Source: a virus
IMG/VR virus record: IMGVR_UViG_3300045120_000483
Location: 32,001 to 96,000 of that record
Direction: 5' to 3' (one strand)
Length of the DNA: 64,000 bases
The notes under the pieces were generated by a model that saw only the letters and a program-made list of their open reading frames with translations, was not told the origin of the DNA and made no database searches. Below, piece by piece: positions 54,707 to 62,255 of this stretch (its first letter is position 1; each line of letters opens with the position of its first letter). Both the position numbers and the translations under genes were made by a program.

Positions 54707-54933
54707 AGGTTGACGTGAAGGTGACTAGTGCGGGGAACGGCTCCCGGGCATATCCTAAAATTAGAAGGAGTATTGCCTACCAATACTTGGTTTGGTTCTC
54801 CACCCCTACAGTGGGGATAGTTGTATCCCAAGGTACGGGAACACAACTTCCCGGAAAATATTCAAATGATTGGGCCCCGGAGTGTTTTGAAGAGTGGACG
54901 GGAGAGGTCGTTTTAACGCTGACACAGGAGTAA
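54703..54933 (+). CDS. hypothetical protein (paralog family A)
   Basis: YP..YLVWF....GIVV..YS..W..F...G.V.L. Confidence 0.6.
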   Translation: MKVDVKVTSAGNGSRAYPKIRRSIAYQYLVWFSTPTVGIVVSQGTGTQLPGKYSNDWAPECFEEWTGEVVLTLTQE

Positions 54934-54936
54934 ATC

Positions 54937-55188
54937 ATGACATTGAGAGTCAAAGCTACAGAGGCCGAAGCTAAGAAAGCTGAGTTAGCGTTTCCCTGCC
55001 TGATGAGGTCCAAGAGCGATGGTTGGATTATGTTAGTTACGGGGGTAGAGAATAATATTGTTAGTGGTATGGTTGTTTCCGATCCTAATAAGTATTGGTC
55101 TTCTCCGATCTTGAGATATTCGAATCGAATGACCGCTATTTCGACTCTTGAACCCTGGGTTGGTAAGGTAGAGTTTATTTCAGAGTAA
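54937..55188 (+). CDS. hypothetical protein (paralog family A)
   Basis: FPCL..GMVV..YS..W.GKV. Confidence 0.6.
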   Translation: MTLRVKATEAEAKKAELAFPCLMRSKSDGWIMLVTGVENNIVSGMVVSDPNKYWSSPILRYSNRMTAISTLEPWVGKVEFISE

Positions 55189-55192
55189 GCCG

Positions 55193-55303
55193 GATGGTGG
55201 ACAGTGAGGATGCATTCCCTGAGTGGTCAAAAGGGCCGGTCTTTTAAACCGATGCGAAAGCTACGTGGGTTCGAATCCCCCTGCATCCTCACTGTCCATT
55301 ATC
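55193..55303 (+). ncRNA. tRNA-Lys(TTT)-like RNA with a class II body sealed in a 22-bp stem, no CCA
   Basis: Cloverleaf at 55208-55288 with loop CTTTTAA; flanks add 15 more base pairs to the acceptor stem. Confidence 0.75.
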
Positions 55304-56131
55304 ATATAATTTATAGAGGTCTTTGATTTTAAGACCGGTTTTGTTTTCTACATAACTGAAAACCTCCTGGAGGTCCGGTAGATAAAGAATTTGGATGGGT
55401 TCTGTTACTCCTGAAAGTTTAAAGTCATCAACGGGAGATTTGAAGCCTTTGATTTCGATTAATTTTCCGTTTACCCGAAAGTCTGGGTAAAAGTTATGTT
55501 CTCTTTGAGTTATAGGATTGAAGTATAGATAAGGGGCCTTGTTTCTAGTAATGGAAATTTGGTGTTCTGTGCAAAAAATATAGTAAGCTATTTCGTATGT
55601 GGAATTACAAAAAAATCCTTGATAGTATCCCTGTTTTCCTCTCCCCGCCCGGTGTCGAAAGCATCCAGGTTTTCCTTTTTTAGTTATGCTGATATTCTTC
55701 GCAGAAAGCGCCTTATTGCACTTAAGAGAACATGTCTTTAAACGTCGGTGTGTATATGGAAGAGGTACCTTGCATTCTTGACATATTGAGGGAGATTGCA
55801 AATAAAGCTTTTTTGTGATTAAAGATTTTTGTTGTCCTGATATTCTAGAAATTTCCGAAAGACGTTTTTTAGTTTCTGATGAATGTTGCCACCCGCTTTC
55901 TTCTCTCTTTTTCATATTAGCTTTAGCTCCACAAGATTTAGAACAATACCGATATAAGCGACTTTTGTAGGAAATAGGATTCTGACAAAATTCACAGATT
56001 TTTGGGTTTAAAGCGTATTTTTGTTGACTACGCTCAGAAAGCCTGATACCATGGCAAGTAGGAGAACAAATTTTACTTCGCGGGTCTTGAGGGGTAAAAG
56101 GGGCTGAACAAACAAGACAAGAAATTGTCAT
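55289..56131 (-). CDS. putative PD-(D/E)XK homing endonuclease with zinc-ribbon repeats
   Basis: CxxC..CS..C repeats; S.YE..FYPDF..IEIKG; late promoter at about 56170. Confidence 0.75.
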   Translation of the reverse strand: MTISCLVCSAPFTPQDPRSKICSPTCHGIRLSERSQQKYALNPKICEFCQNPISYKSRLYRYCSKSCGAKANMKKREESGWQHSSETKKRLSEISRISGQQKSLITKKLYLQSPSICQECKVPLPYTHRRLKTCSLKCNKALSAKNISITKKGKPGCFRHRAGRGKQGYYQGFFCNSTYEIAYYIFCTEHQISITRNKAPYLYFNPITQREHNFYPDFRVNGKLIEIKGFKSPVDDFKLSGVTEPIQILYLPDLQEVFSYVENKTGLKIKDLYKLYDNGQ

Positions 56132-56191
56132 TTCTAGAATTAACTCCGGAGTTGATAGGTTACAACTCTATTTATCTTCCAAAATATAGAT

Positions 56192-56268
56192 GGATCAATG
56201 GCTAGACTGGCAATGCAACGGACTCTTAATCCGTCCCCATGGGGGTTCGATTCCCCCTTGATCCTCCA
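56192..56268 (+). tRNA. tRNA-Lys(CTT)
   Basis: Loop CTCTTAA, TTCGATT, CCA. Confidence 0.88.
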
Positions 56269-56275
56269 AAATTAT

Positions 56276-56339
56276 GCGGAGTTCCGATCTGGAAGTAACA
56301 AGAACTAATAGGATTTATCCTGATTAGTCCTCCGCACCA
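56276..56339 (+). ncRNA. CCA-ended two-hairpin mini-RNA
   Basis: GCGGAG/CTCCGC+ACCA; hairpins TTCC/GGAA and ACTAAT..ATTAGT. Confidence 0.6.
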
Positions 56340-56344
56340 AGTTT

Positions 56345-56420
56345 ACCCGTAGATGCTGCTAGTTGTGGCAGAATGATTGTCAATCATTTGAGTGGAGGGC
56401 AGAACTCCATACGGGTGCCA
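56345..56420 (+). tRNA. tRNA-Asp(GTC), T-loop GGCAGAA
   Basis: Loop TTGTCAA, G73, CCA. Confidence 0.82.
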
Positions 56421-56425
56421 TTTAA

Positions 56426-56482
56426 GGGGTCGGGTATATTGGTACCAGATAAGATGCGGTAAAAGTCCGTCTCACCCCACCA
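56426..56482 (+). ncRNA. CCA-ended mini-tRNA lacking an anticodon arm
   Basis: GGGGT/ACCCC+ACCA; D-like GGTA TATTGG TACC; T-like CGG TAAAAGT CCG. Confidence 0.55.
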
Positions 56483-56487
56483 AGTCA

Positions 56488-56556
56488 GGAAGAAACATCG
56501 GTGCAAATCCGGTACAGATAACGGTTTCTGTTCGTCCAGTAGACTAGGACGCTTCC
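56488..56556 (+). ncRNA. circularly permuted tRNA-like RNA 1
   Basis: GGAAG, variable AAAC, T arm, looped acceptor stem, TC, D arm, G, CTTCC. Confidence 0.75.
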
Positions 56557-56649
56557 GCTCCTACCTGGGTATAGCTTTCCCCTAAGAGTGGTTTCTGGGG
56601 GTAAAGGGTGAGCGTCCCATAAAAAACGGAACCCACTAATTTTGAGCTA

Positions 56650-56723
56650 GGGGGAGATACGGTTCGATTCCGATACTAGTCGCGCGTGAAAGCTAGTTGG
56701 ACCTAATGGATATGGTCGCCCCC
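56650..56723 (+). ncRNA. circularly permuted tRNA-like RNA 2
   Basis: GGGGG, variable, T arm (TTCGATT), looped acceptor ACTAGT/GCTAGT, TG, D arm GACC/GGTC, G, CCCCC. Confidence 0.75.
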
Positions 56724-56727
56724 GTTA

Positions 56728-56818
56728 CCCGTCTAGAACTGGTGTTCAGAGGAGCCTTATAAACTCTTTGCTCCGGACTGGAGTCTTTGGCGCGGATCGT
56801 AACCGTGAGGCGGGACCA
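56728..56818 (+). tRNA. tRNA with TAT (Ile) anticodon, long variable arm, minimal D arm
   Basis: CCCGTCT/AGGCGGG+ACCA, loop CCTTATAAA, variable stem GCTCC/GGAGT, T-loop ATCGTAA. Confidence 0.65.
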
Positions 56819-56834
56819 ATTTAAGGAGTCTGTT

Positions 56835-57002
56835 ATGGAAGATGAAGAGGAAATATTCTACCGGGTTAAGTGTGTTCATTGCGGTCGTTTCATGTCGTCC
56901 AAAGACGCCCGTTATCACTTTATTCCGGATAGTCATTTTGGACCGGAAGAGGGATGGTGGGAGCATCGGGGATACTGTAATGAAAATATATCTAAAGTTT
57001 GA
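56835..57002 (+). CDS. small zinc-finger hypothetical protein
   Basis: AAGGAG RBS; C..CGRF..PDS.F. Confidence 0.55.
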   Translation: MEDEEEIFYRVKCVHCGRFMSSKDARYHFIPDSHFGPEEGWWEHRGYCNENISKV

Positions 57003-57372
57003 TGAGAATGTCTTTCCCCCGAAGCTGACGCTTTCTGTCAAAGGTGCTCCCCATTCCCGTCAACACCGGGCAATTTTTAAGACTTATCGAAATGCAATCT
57101 GGGAAGCTTGGGAGAAGGCAGGTTATAATCATCAGATTGATTATCCCATTGACCTGGACGTAATTTTTTGTGATCCGGCATCACCAGATTTAGACCATAC
57201 CCTAATGGCGCTCTATTCTGCTATTGATGGCAAGTCCACGCTGAAGGGTAATAAGAATGACAAGAGTCCAAGGCACCCGGCTCTGATGACGGATGATGGA
57301 TATATTTCAGAAATTCGAATGCGAAACTTCTGGCCTAACGAAGCTACCAGAGCCGACAACCGAATCTATTAA
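56980..57372 (+). CDS. RusA-like fold protein (degenerate)
   Basis: PDLD..L...DG..DD..I pattern; catalytic Lys replaced. Confidence 0.45.
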   Translation: MKIYLKFDENVFPPKLTLSVKGAPHSRQHRAIFKTYRNAIWEAWEKAGYNHQIDYPIDLDVIFCDPASPDLDHTLMALYSAIDGKSTLKGNKNDKSPRHPALMTDDGYISEIRMRNFWPNEATRADNRIY

Positions 57373-57386
57373 CAGGGAGAGAGATT

Positions 57387-57701
57387 ATGCAAGCAGAGAT
57401 CAAGACCAAGTGGGCGAACGCTCTTCGTTCCGGAAAGTATGCCCAGGGCACCGGGGGCCTTAAGAAAGATAATGCCTTTTGTTGTTTGGGAGTCCTTTGT
57501 GATATTATTAATCCCGATGGTTGGGAGGATAGTACCATACCATCCCAAAGATTTACTTATGGAGGAGAAAGTTCTTATTGTTCCTTACCCGAAAGCCTAA
57601 AGACAGAGCTTGGGTTTAAAGCTACTCTGAGGTTCATTGAAATGAATGATCAACAAGGACGATCTTTCGACTATATTGCAGATTATGTGGAGAACCTATG
57701 A
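57387..57701 (+). CDS. hypothetical protein (paralog family B)
   Basis: W..ALRSG.Y.QG..CCLGVLC..MND..F..IADY. Confidence 0.7.
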   Translation: MQAEIKTKWANALRSGKYAQGTGGLKKDNAFCCLGVLCDIINPDGWEDSTIPSQRFTYGGESSYCSLPESLKTELGFKATLRFIEMNDQQGRSFDYIADYVENL

Positions 57702-57886
57702 CCGTCCTGGAGCAATTTATAGAAACTTTTGGGGAAGCTTGTGATATGGATTCGCCGGACAGACTGTTTGTCTTCAAATCAATTCTTCTTGAGTTTGCCA
57801 CCTTGGCTATAAATGATAAGGACTTTCAAGAAGAAGTGCTTTCCGAAGCAAAGAAGGTCAATGAAATTTTAGCTAAAATGACATAA
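57698..57886 (+). CDS. hypothetical protein
   Basis: Coupled ORF. Confidence 0.5.
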   Translation: MTVLEQFIETFGEACDMDSPDRLFVFKSILLEFATLAINDKDFQEEVLSEAKKVNEILAKMT

Positions 57887-57962
57887 GCCTACGTAATTCA
57901 ATGGATAGAAATCATGCCTTCGAAGCATGAAGTTGCGGGTCCGAATCCTGCCGTAGGTTCCA
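57887..57962 (+). tRNA. tRNA-Arg(TCG)
   Basis: Loop CTTCGAA, CCA. Confidence 0.85.
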
Positions 57963-57981
57963 CCTTAAAAAAGGATATATT

Positions 57982-58329
57982 ATGAAGCAACATAGTTTTC
58001 GTTATATTCTGCTTGAGCTTTTTGATGGAAATAATGTTTATTGGGATTATGGGTCGCCGCTCATTCTGAGAAAAGATGAAACTTTTACATTTTTTGCGGC
58101 TTATTCTGCCAAAGATTTTCCGGAGTTTGAGGACCGACTAGCCATCAATTCTATGATACTTCCTAAAAAAGTAGTCTGGAAATGGGATGATCTAGGTTCT
58201 AAAAAAGAGGCGGCCGGTACTTTCTCCTTGAGAGAGAAGCTTCCAGATTTTGCGCGCAGACTATCTGTCAAAGGTGTTAATGATCCAACAGCCCTTAAAG
58301 CTGAAGGTCGGGTCCTGACCAAAGACTAA
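57982..58329 (+). CDS. hypothetical protein
   Basis: AAGGA RBS. Confidence 0.5.
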   Translation: MKQHSFRYILLELFDGNNVYWDYGSPLILRKDETFTFFAAYSAKDFPEFEDRLAINSMILPKKVVWKWDDLGSKKEAAGTFSLREKLPDFARRLSVKGVNDPTALKAEGRVLTKD

Positions 58330-58355
58330 ATTCACTTGTAGTCATACAACACTAT

Positions 58356-58820
58356 TTACTTGCATTCGTCAAAAATCTGAAATGCCACAATTTGATCTGC
58401 CATCATGTAGCTGACTTTAGGCGTCAGGGGTCGTCTAGTGTCGATGAATGCCTGGACGATCTCCGGATAGAATCTTCGAATTAGCATATCAGTTAGTTCG
58501 GGTTCCGGAACACTCCCTCTAGGGGTCTGGGTAGATGCCAAATGAAAACCAAAGCTGGCCCGGGGAGTCACACAGACTTGTTCCTTGGGAAGCATCAGAA
58601 CAAGGGTACAGGCAGAGACACACCAGCCATCGATTTTGACCGGGGCATGAGAGGCCAGAAGGCGTTTATACCATTTGTTATATTCATCGACTTCGCCACC
58701 CCAATCATCTGCAATGGTGAAGTAGGTCTGACCGGAAGAGATAGAGGAAGTAGCAGGTTGGGCAAAACAGGTGGAGATTGTCAGAAAAAGAGCAAAAAAA
58801 GTCGAAAGAAATCTTGACAT
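58356..58820 (-). CDS. secreted ClpP/crotonase-like protein
   Basis: Signal peptide; D.GG, IDG.C.SACT, CVTP.A.FGFH. Confidence 0.7.
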   Translation of the reverse strand: MSRFLSTFFALFLTISTCFAQPATSSISSGQTYFTIADDWGGEVDEYNKWYKRLLASHAPVKIDGWCVSACTLVLMLPKEQVCVTPRASFGFHLASTQTPRGSVPEPELTDMLIRRFYPEIVQAFIDTRRPLTPKVSYMMADQIVAFQIFDECK

Positions 58821-58961
58821 GGGGCCTCTCTCTTGATAAGATACTAGGCATATTTAGCAAATTAGGAATTAGCCCGGAAGTAAGGCAATTCCTGATACCG
58901 AAGAAGGGGACTAACGTATTCCTCTTTTTCACCCCAATTTTCTGTGAAAAGGAACTTTATT

Positions 58962-59309
58962 ATGTCAGAGGTAGAGAAAGTCGTTCTGTCCCCCGAACAA
59001 ATTCTGAATAGGGCAGCCGACCTGATTGATAAGAATGGTTTGGCCAAGGCAAGCTTTTGTACGGCGGACTTAGGAAACGATTGGACGGAACAGGATTGTT
59101 TCTGTATAGCGGGGGCTATTGCTTTTGCTTCTGGTTATTCTGGTTCGCCCCGGTCTCCAATAAAATTACATAAGGCTTATAGTATTCCCCTTGAGAAGGA
59201 GTTTAGAGACTCTACTGAGGCCTTTGAATGGAATGATGACCCCAAAACCACCAAAAAAATGGTAGTCAATTGTTTGAGAGATATGGCAAAGAAGGAGACG
59301 AAATCATGA
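58962..59309 (+). CDS. hypothetical protein (paralog family C)
   Basis: AADLI.KNGL..C.CIAGA..WND. Confidence 0.65.
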   Translation: MSEVEKVVLSPEQILNRAADLIDKNGLAKASFCTADLGNDWTEQDCFCIAGAIAFASGYSGSPRSPIKLHKAYSIPLEKEFRDSTEAFEWNDDPKTTKKMVVNCLRDMAKKETKS

Positions 59310-59629
59310 GCACTCTGAAGGATGTCTATCTAAAAGCGGCGGAATTGATTGAGAAGAATGGCCTCTACACGGCCGGGGGATATGCCAATAAACCTCTTTA
59401 TTGTTGTAAAGAAAATGATTGTGTTTGTATAGCCGGGGCAGTTGTGATTGCTAAGGGGTTGTTGCTTGGTAAAGATGAATTCGATAATTATGCTAAAGAA
59501 GCAACAAAACCTTTGTTTTGTTATTTTGACCCGGATGGTCAATATGATAAACTGTTTGATTGGAATGACAGTCAAGGTACCAAGGAAGCAGCTATAGCAA
59601 TCCTGAAAGAGATTGCCGAAACACTGTGA
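59306..59629 (+). CDS. hypothetical protein (paralog family C)
   Basis: AAELI.KNGL..C.CIAGA..WND. Confidence 0.65.
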   Translation: MSTLKDVYLKAAELIEKNGLYTAGGYANKPLYCCKENDCVCIAGAVVIAKGLLLGKDEFDNYAKEATKPLFCYFDPDGQYDKLFDWNDSQGTKEAAIAILKEIAETL

Positions 59630-59851
59630 GTTTTAGTCCACATGAAGCATTTGCCGCATGGTGGAACGCTCATTCCCATGAGGATCGACAAAGGTTAGTA
59701 ACTGATAATGTACATATTGCTCTTGGAACGTGGGAGAGGATCGAAGGCCGGGATGTTTATATACGACAAATAGGTCAAAGTTACAGAGTTTGCCCGATCA
59801 GTATATTTTCGGAGCCATTAATTGGTGGTCCCGAATCGGGCACCAGTTCAA

Positions 59852-59925
59852 GCGGGAGTAGTTCAATGACAGAACATTGCTTTGCCAAGGCAAATACGGG
59901 GGTTTGATTCCCCCTTTCCGCTCCA
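59852..59925 (+). tRNA. tRNA-Gly(GCC)
   Basis: Loop TTGCCAA, U73, CCA. Confidence 0.9.
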
Positions 59926-59931
59926 GTTTAT

Positions 59932-60018
59932 GGAAATGTCAACTAGCGGGGAGCTAGCACTGTTTGGAAAACAGTTGAGACCGAAAGGTTGAGGGATCGT
60001 TTCCCTGAGTTTCCGCCA
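59932..60018 (+). tRNA. tRNA-Ser(GGA), atypical
   Basis: Loop TTGGAAA, long variable arm, G73. Confidence 0.72.
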
Positions 60019-60027
60019 TTTTAAGTA

Positions 60028-60103
60028 GGGCCTGTAGTGATAGAAGGTAGCATTCCGCACTTGCAATGCGGGGGACACGGGGCAGTACCGTGCTGGTCCA
60101 CCA
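60028..60103 (+). tRNA. tRNA-Ala(TGC), second copy, T-loop GGCAGTA
   Basis: G3-U70, loop CTTGCAA, CCA. Confidence 0.82.
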
Positions 60104-60129
60104 TTTAACATAATGAAAGGAAATACATC

Positions 60130-60597
60130 ATGGAAGCGTCAGAGGTTTTGAAGATTGTTGCTAACGGACTGGCCTCTCAGGGGGGCCCGGCTTATGAAAG
60201 TGGAGCGTGTCTTTATCGGGCTTCGGGAGGTCGAAAGTGTGCGGCCGGATGGATCATTACCGATGAAGAGATTATGAGGGGCGTTCGGAGTATGAATTTA
60301 TCTAGCTTGAAACATGAAGGAACCCTTCCAAAGAGTTGTGAGGAACATTTTAGTCTATTAGAATTATTGCAAGAAGTTCATGATAGTTGTGCTTTGAATT
60401 ATTCATATGTTTCAGTAACAAAACCCGAACCGGATCAATTGGCTATGTGGAAGAATGTCCATGGACCATGCGGTATTGCAACCAAACTGAGAAGGGTTGC
60501 CCGGGAAAATGATCTTGATCCGGAGATTGTGACTGAAGCGTTCAAAAATTATGGAGGGGTCACGGCCGATTCCGATGATGCTAGAAATAGCGAATAA
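60130..60597 (+). CDS. hypothetical protein
   Basis: QG..C.YR..G.KCAAG..I..LQ..HD; 3' end overlaps a mini-RNA. Confidence 0.65.
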   Translation: MEASEVLKIVANGLASQGGPAYESGACLYRASGGRKCAAGWIITDEEIMRGVRSMNLSSLKHEGTLPKSCEEHFSLLELLQEVHDSCALNYSYVSVTKPEPDQLAMWKNVHGPCGIATKLRRVARENDLDPEIVTEAFKNYGGVTADSDDARNSE

Positions 60598-60608
60598 AAC
60601 CTCCGCCA
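60553..60608 (+). ncRNA. CCA-ended mini-RNA, copy 2
   Basis: GGAGG/CCTCC+GCCA; shares GGAGGGGT..CGGCCG..TCCG with 50183-50243. Confidence 0.65.
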
Positions 60609-60617
60609 AATTTTAAT

Positions 60618-60692
60618 GACTTGGTAGCTCAGTGACAGAGCGGGAGTCCGTTAAACTCTTGGTCGGGGGTTTGATTCCCTCCCTTGTCTCCA
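60618..60692 (+). tRNA. tRNA with GTT (Asn) anticodon, C33 and U73 variant
   Basis: Loop CCGTTAA; U-U mismatches in the acceptor stem. Confidence 0.7.
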
Positions 60693-60706
60693 AATTAAAA
60701 ATTTAT

Positions 60707-60787
60707 TCCCACGAAGGCGAAGCAAGGTGCATTCGCGTCCGCTGTTAACGGAAGATTAGGCAGGTTCGATTCCTGCGGTGGGAGCCA
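60707..60787 (+). tRNA. tRNA-Asn(GTT)
   Basis: U1-A72, G73, loop CTGTTAA. Confidence 0.85.
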
Positions 60788-60793
60788 ATTTTT

Positions 60794-60868
60794 GGGGTAT
60801 TCGTCTAGCGGTCAGGATGCTGCTTTCTCAATGCAGTGACAGGGATTCAACTTCCCTATACCCTACCA
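60794..60868 (+). tRNA. tRNA-Glu(CTC)
   Basis: Loop TTCTCAA, CCA. Confidence 0.82.
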
Positions 60869-60874
60869 GTTCAT

Positions 60875-60951
60875 ACTCTAGTAGCTCAGTGGAATAGAGC
60901 GTCACCCTGCGAAGGTGAGGGTCGGAAGTTCGAATCTTCCTTAGAGTGCCA
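60875..60951 (+). tRNA. tRNA-Arg(GCG)
   Basis: Canonical cloverleaf, loop CTGCGAA. Confidence 0.88.
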
Positions 60952-60957
60952 TAGAAA

Positions 60958-60979
60958 AAGGGAGCCGTTAAGCTCCCTT
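60958..60979. terminator. hairpin terminator
   Basis: AAGGGAGC-N6-GCTCCCTT between convergent units, with a T-run on the minus strand. Confidence 0.6.
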
Positions 60980-61003
60980 CCCCAACTCTTATTGAAAAGG
61001 TTA

Positions 61004-61195
61004 TTAACCTTTTACAGATACGTCCAAAGCGTCGGCCGCGTCATGAAGCTTGGTTGTCAGTTCGACAACTGCGGCTTTGTCACCGCCTGCTGCGGCGATC
61101 TGGTCGGCAAGGTCCTTGAACTTTACGACGGCAAGACCGACTTCGGTTACCATACGGTCAACTTCAGTAGATAGGGCATCGAATTCTACGCTCAT
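61004..61195 (-). CDS. late small helical protein
   Basis: TAAATA at about 61250 (minus strand); AAGGA RBS. Confidence 0.6.
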   Translation of the reverse strand: MSVEFDALSTEVDRMVTEVGLAVVKFKDLADQIAAAGGDKAAVVELTTKLHDAADALDVSVKG

Positions 61196-61270
61196 ATTTT
61201 ATATTCCTTCTTTTGTTTGTTGTTGCAACAATAATAACGTCATGTGTACTATTTATCTTTCAAATTTCTT

Positions 61271-61345
61271 GGGGAATTAGCATAACGGCTAGTGCATTCG
61301 GCTCTGACCCGAAAGGTGGGGGATCATTCCCCTCATTCCCTTCCA
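61271..61345 (+). tRNA. tRNA-Gln(CTG)
   Basis: Loop CTCTGAC, T-loop ATCATTC, CCA. Confidence 0.8.
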
Positions 61346-61353
61346 TTTTCTTC

Positions 61354-61383
61354 TTGACAACCCCTCTTTCATTCAATATAATG
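61354..61383 (+). promoter_or_regulatory. consensus sigma70 promoter
   Basis: TTGACA-17-TATAAT. Confidence 0.8.
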
Positions 61384-61421
61384 TGAAAATTGAACATGAC
61401 AACAAAAAGGATATTTTCGTC

Positions 61422-61646
61422 ATGAATGACCGTCCGCAACTTAGTATAAAGCCCCGTAATTGGCCCGAAGCGGTATCTATGGGTAAGGAAAAAAGTTCCA
61501 AGTGTACCAAGCCTTATCGGAATACCGATGGGGGCAAGCTGGGACGTAAGCAGGCCAATTTGAGTCGCCGCCGCAACGACCATGCCGCGACTATTAAGGC
61601 CGCCCGTGATCCTCAGGCATATAAGACACCGGGGAGCATGAAGTAG
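61422..61646 (+). CDS. small basic protein
   Basis: RBS; ends YKTPGSMK. Confidence 0.6.
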   Translation: MNDRPQLSIKPRNWPEAVSMGKEKSSKCTKPYRNTDGGKLGRKQANLSRRRNDHAATIKAARDPQAYKTPGSMK

Positions 61647-61835
61647 ATGATGTCTCCCTATGAGATGAAACATCTTCATGATTTTCGAATTTCCTGGTTC
61701 CGGGTTCTTGTGAATGGGACTAATGAAATTCTTCTGAATCATATGAAACTTCGGGAACCTACCGCTGAAATGGCGGAGTTCAATTTTCGAAGAGAATATC
61801 CGAAAGTTGATGATTATGAACTGGTGGAAATATGA
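61647..61835 (+). CDS. hypothetical protein
   Basis: Coupled ORF. Confidence 0.5.
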   Translation: MMSPYEMKHLHDFRISWFRVLVNGTNEILLNHMKLREPTAEMAEFNFRREYPKVDDYELVEI

Positions 61836-62065
61836 GATATGTAGCCCTTACAAAATGGACCTTTTCTAAAAAGGTCATATGGCGACAATATATTTCCTTT
61901 CATGGTGGGTATACGGAGTATACCTGGATATTCTTGGATCGTTATAAGGAATATAGGGGAGAGTCTTTTCATATTAATGCAGAGGTTTATGTATCGGGAA
62001 GTATTACCCCCGATATTGGTCCGTGGTATGATGCGTTGAAGAGACATCCTTTCACCGTGTTTTAA
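61832..62065 (+). CDS. hypothetical protein
   Basis: ATGA coupling. Confidence 0.5.
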   Translation: MRYVALTKWTFSKKVIWRQYISFHGGYTEYTWIFLDRYKEYRGESFHINAEVYVSGSITPDIGPWYDALKRHPFTVF

Positions 62066-62255
62066 TTTAAATGGAGGAACAACAAATGGACGTAAAGACC
62101 TACTTGTTGCAAGACCGACAATGGCCCCGGGAGTTGCGTATCGCCCATGCTCAATTTCAGTTGAAGAAGGTTACTGTTCCGGAGGAATTTGATTTCTGGA
62201 AGGCCGTTCTGGAGGCAAACGAATCATGAAATCACTTGGTGGAGACAAACGAATC

